DNA of 64,000 nucleotides from an uncultured Candidatus Rokubacteria bacterium (GTDB lineage Bacteria; Methylomirabilota; Methylomirabilia; Rokubacteriales; CSP1-6): NCBI GenBank assembly GCA_963848005.1, contig CAWKCA010000046.1, positions 27,481 to 91,480 of the forward strand, read 5' to 3'. Shown piece by piece: positions 61,401 to 64,000 of this stretch (position 1 is its first letter; each line of letters starts with the position of its first letter). The notes under the pieces were generated by a model. It saw only the letters and a program-made list of their open reading frames with translations, ran no database searches and was not told where the DNA came from. The position numbers and the translations under genes were made by a program.

Positions 61401-62315
61401 GTCCCTCCGCCGGCGCGGGGCCGGGCGAGCCGCAGTCCCGCCAGCAGGTAGTGCACGGCCACTGTCTGATGGGGTCCCCAGGCGCTCGCTCGGCGGCGGA
61501 TGGCCCGCTCGCTGAGTGCGCGCCGGCGGCCATACCGTTGAACGAATGCCTTGCGCACGGCCAGGTCCCCGGCCGGGCACACGTCGCCGCGGCCCAGACA
61601 GCGGGCGAGGAACCAGTCGGCCGTCCACCGGCCCAACCCGCGCTGGGCGGTGAGGAGGTCGATGATCGCCCCGCTCGGCGTCTCCGCCAGGCCGTCGAGG
61701 TCCAGGGCACCCGCGGCCACGGCGCGCGCGAGGTCGCGAACGTACTCTGCCTTGCGCGTGGAGAACTTCATGGCGCGCAACTCGGCGATGCGGCCGCGCG
61801 CCAAGCGTCGGCGCGTCGGGGAAGGCGTAGACCGTCTCGCCGTCGATGGTGACCGGCTCACCGTAGCGCCGGACCAAGCTCGCGCGCAGGGCAAAGGCGA
61901 AGGCGAGATTCACCTGCTGCGCCGTGATCGAGCCGACCAGCATCTCGAGCCCGCCCGGCGTGAGACTCGGGCGGAGCCCATAGAGCGGGTCGATGAGGGA
62001 TCCGAGCACGGCATCGGCCTTGGCCATGCGATAGAAGCTCGCGAGGTCGAAGTCGAGACCGAAAATCCGCCGGACGTCAGCCGTCACCGCCTCGGCCACG
62101 CGCGCGCGGGCCCTCGGCATGTCCACCTCGAGTCGCGCCGCGTCGGTGGGGCCTGTCCACCGGACGGCGAACGGCCACAGCCGGCCTTCGGAGCGCCGGA
62201 CGCGCAGGAAGGTATCGCCGACGAGCCGGTTGGCGGGGTCCTCACCCCACAGCCGGTAGCGCGCCAGCGTCGCGGGCACATCGAGCGGACCCTCGGGAGT
62301 GAGTGCGATCTTCAT
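61397..62315 (-). CDS. HhH-GPD superfamily DNA glycosylase (AlkA/3-methyladenine glycosylase II-like), with one frameshift near 61800.
   Basis: The N-part (frame of ORF 61074..62315) MKIALTPEGPLDVPATLARYRLWGEDP...LVGSITAQQVNLAFAFALRASLVRRYGEP is the AlkA N-domain and helix-hairpin region. The C-part (ORF 61397..61894) ...RAMKFSTRKAEYVRDLARAV...LLTAQRGLGRWTADWFLARCLGRGDVCPAGDLAVRKAF... carries the HhH-GPD motif with the catalytic Asp. Confidence 0.7.
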
Positions 62316-62377
62316 GGGGGCGAGCGTCTGAAGTCTACCAGAGTCGATCCGGTCGTCCGGCCCTGCCGGCGTTGGAC

Positions 62378-64000
62378 TCAGTGCTTCAGATGGTAGGGAA
62401 CATCAGCCACGATCACGTTTCTACGGAAGAGCATGGCGCCCTTGACGAGCAGCGCGGTCTGATTGTGGAGCAGATGGTGCCACCACACGCGAGGCACGAA
62501 CTCGGGAAGGATGATGGTGATCATGTGGTTCTCGTCGTGGCCCTGCAGGTGGTCGATGTACTCGCGCAGCGGTCCCAGGAGCGAACGGTACGGCGAGGCC
62601 AGCACGATGAGGGGGACGCCCATACCCCACTTCCCCCATTTCTCCTCCAGCCGCCGCGTGCGCTCCGGATCGACCTCGATGAAGACGGCTTTGGCGTTGG
62701 GCGAGAGCGACTGGGCGTACTGCAGGGCGCGCACCACGCCGCGGTGCAGGTCGCCGACCAGCACCAGCACGGTGTTGGTGACCGGCGGCGGCGCCTCCAT
62801 GGCTTCCGTGGAGAGCTGCCGAGCCACCTCCTCGTAGTGGCGGTGGATCAGCAGGAAGACCGCGACCAAGGTCGGGAGGAGGACGACGACGATCCACGCG
62901 CCCAGGGCGAACTTGGTCACGGCGATGGTGAGCATCACGACGCCGGTCACCAGGGCCCCCAGGCCGTTGAACCACACTCGCCACTGCCATCCCTCTTCCT
63001 TGCGCGTGAGCCACCGGCGAACCATGCCGCTCTGCGAGAGCGTGAACGACAGGAAGACGCCGACCGCGTACAGCGGGATCAGGGCGTGGGTGTCACCGCC
63101 GAAGACGATCAGGAGCACGACGGCGAGCCCGCTCAGGATGATGATGCCGTTGGAGAAGACCAGGCGATCTCCCTGGGTCCCGAACTGGCGGGGGATGAAC
63201 CGGTCGCGGGCCAGGAAGAAGCACAGCCGCGGAAAGTCGGCGAACGCGGTATTGGCGGCCAGGAGCAGGATCAGCATGGTCACCGCCTGGATGGCGTAGT
63301 ACACGGGGCCGGTGCCGAACAGGTGGCGGCCAAGCTGCGAGAGCACCGTCTGGTCGGGCTGGGGTTGAATGCCGAAGTCGTACGCCAGGAAGGTGATGCC
63401 CATGAACAGGACGATGAGGATGCCTCCGAGCCACGTGAGCACGACCCTAGCGTTCTGAGCCTCGGGCGGCTTGAAGGCGGTCACGCCGTCCGACACGGCC
63501 TCCACCCCGGTCAGCGCTGCGCAGCCCGACGAGAAGGCTCTCAGGATGAGGAAGAGACCCACGCCCTCAAACCGGGGCAAATGGGACTGGTACGGTGCCT
63601 CGGGCAGGAAGTTGAAGATCGCGCCGAGGCCGCCATAGATGACCGTGATGCCGAGGCTCCCGACGAAGAGGTACGTCGGCGCCGCGAAGAGCTTGCCCGA
63701 TTCCCGGATCCCTCTCAGATTGGCCAGGGAGATCAGCACCACCGCGGCCACGCACAGCGGCACCCGGAACGGGAAGAGGGCGGGTACGGCCGAGGTGGCC
63801 GCGGCCACGCCGGCCGCCACGCTCACGGCCACGGTGAGGACGTAGTCGGTCATGAGGGCTGCGCCAGCCACGAGGCCGGGCATGGTACCGAGGTTGTCCT
63901 TGCTGACGAGGTAGGCACCTCCCCCCTTGGGGTAGGCGCGGATGGTCTGACGGTAGGAGCTGACCACGATGGCGATCAGACCGCAGATGGCCAGACCAAT
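62378..64000 (-). CDS. APC-superfamily amino-acid/polyamine permease with a C-terminal cytoplasmic domain. The 5' end runs off the window.
   Basis: There are 12 or more TM segments (...VAGAALMTDYVLTVAVSVAAGVAAATSAV...) and a C-terminal soluble region (...VLVLVGDLHRGVVRALQYAQSL...). The frame stays open to position 64000 (...IGLAICGLIA), so the true start lies beyond the window. Confidence 0.7.
   Translation of the reverse strand: MGLAICGLIAIVVSSYRQTIRAYPKGGGAYLVSKDNLGTMPGLVAGAALMTDYVLTVAVSVAAGVAAATSAVPALFPFRVPLCVAAVVLISLANLRGIRESGKLFAAPTYLFVGSLGITVIYGGLGAIFNFLPEAPYQSHLPRFEGVGLFLILRAFSSGCAALTGVEAVSDGVTAFKPPEAQNARVVLTWLGGILIVLFMGITFLAYDFGIQPQPDQTVLSQLGRHLFGTGPVYYAIQAVTMLILLLAANTAFADFPRLCFFLARDRFIPRQFGTQGDRLVFSNGIIILSGLAVVLLIVFGGDTHALIPLYAVGVFLSFTLSQSGMVRRWLTRKEEGWQWRVWFNGLGALVTGVVMLTIAVTKFALGAWIVVVLLPTLVAVFLLIHRHYEEVARQLSTEAMEAPPPVTNTVLVLVGDLHRGVVRALQYAQSLSPNAKAVFIEVDPERTRRLEEKWGKWGMGVPLIVLASPYRSLLGPLREYIDHLQGHDENHMITIILPEFVPRVWWHHLLHNQTALLVKGAMLFRRNVIVADVPYHLKH

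Overview
This 64-kb window is about 70% GC and comes from a bacterial chromosome. An F420-type luciferase-like monooxygenase and a PPOX-class (pyridoxamine 5'-phosphate oxidase-like) F420-type enzyme, the GlgE/maltokinase genes, an SBBP beta-propeller protein and a UGSC selenoprotein suggest an actinobacterial-like or Rokubacteria/Methylomirabilota-like soil lineage. That assignment is inference only. The high GC produces many long antisense ORFs, so calls rely on recognisable protein families, start/RBS context and gene-to-gene overlap patterns rather than ORF length.

Content from start to end:
- 1-7.2 kb: an SBBP-repeat secreted protein (5' partial), F420-type LLM oxidoreductase, LmbE/PIG-L deacetylase, an N-truncated PEP-mutase/isocitrate-lyase fragment, Zn-ADH and a MetE-like methyltransferase.
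- 7.3-9.7 kb: a membrane segment, gluconate-2-dehydrogenase-subunit-3-like domain and GMC oxidoreductase that look like one fused protein.
- 9.7-11.4 kb: a conserved hypothetical protein translationally coupled (ATGA) to a UGSC-family selenoprotein with an in-frame TGA (Sec) at 11110-11112.
- 11.5-13.5 kb: a hybrid PAS histidine kinase/response regulator, disrupted.
- 13.5-25 kb: an FAD oxidoreductase, an AurF-like diiron protein, a HlyB-type T1SS ABC exporter and a 1953-aa secreted protein (N-terminal M23 peptidase, dockerin/EF-hand-like loops, RTX beta-rolls, 8 tandem ~95-aa repeats, C-terminal T1SS signal). A lower-GC TolB/PD40-like propeller gene precedes it.
- 25-27.7 kb: a ~1-kb ORF-poor lower-GC stretch, cspA-like gene 1, two tiny ORFs and tRNA-Phe(GAA).
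- 27.8-40.7 kb: a class III aminotransferase, a DUF4392-like gene and an alpha-glucan/trehalose locus (treZ, GH57 branching enzyme, glgC, GH57/DUF3536 amylase-like, glgE, mak).
- 41-47.3 kb: GGT, an AIR-synthase-related protein, and csoR-copA.
- 47.3-54.6 kb: rng and the mreBCD-mrdA-rodA cell-shape operon.
- 54.6-64 kb: csp paralogue 2, ComEA, an HNH endonuclease, an ABC-F ATPase, a PPOX-class F420 protein, an MFS transporter, DUF971, an AlkA-like glycosylase and an APC permease (partial at the window end).

Two observations stand out. First, the M23-RTX giant protein with its dedicated T1SS exporter is a candidate secreted peptidoglycan-hydrolysing effector. Second, about 30 single-base frameshifts cluster between 29 and 62 kb, several demonstrably at G/C homopolymers. 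The first 29 kb, including the 5.9-kb repeat gene, is almost clean. This pattern points to assembly/sequencing indels rather than true pseudogenes, but it must be checked against reads.
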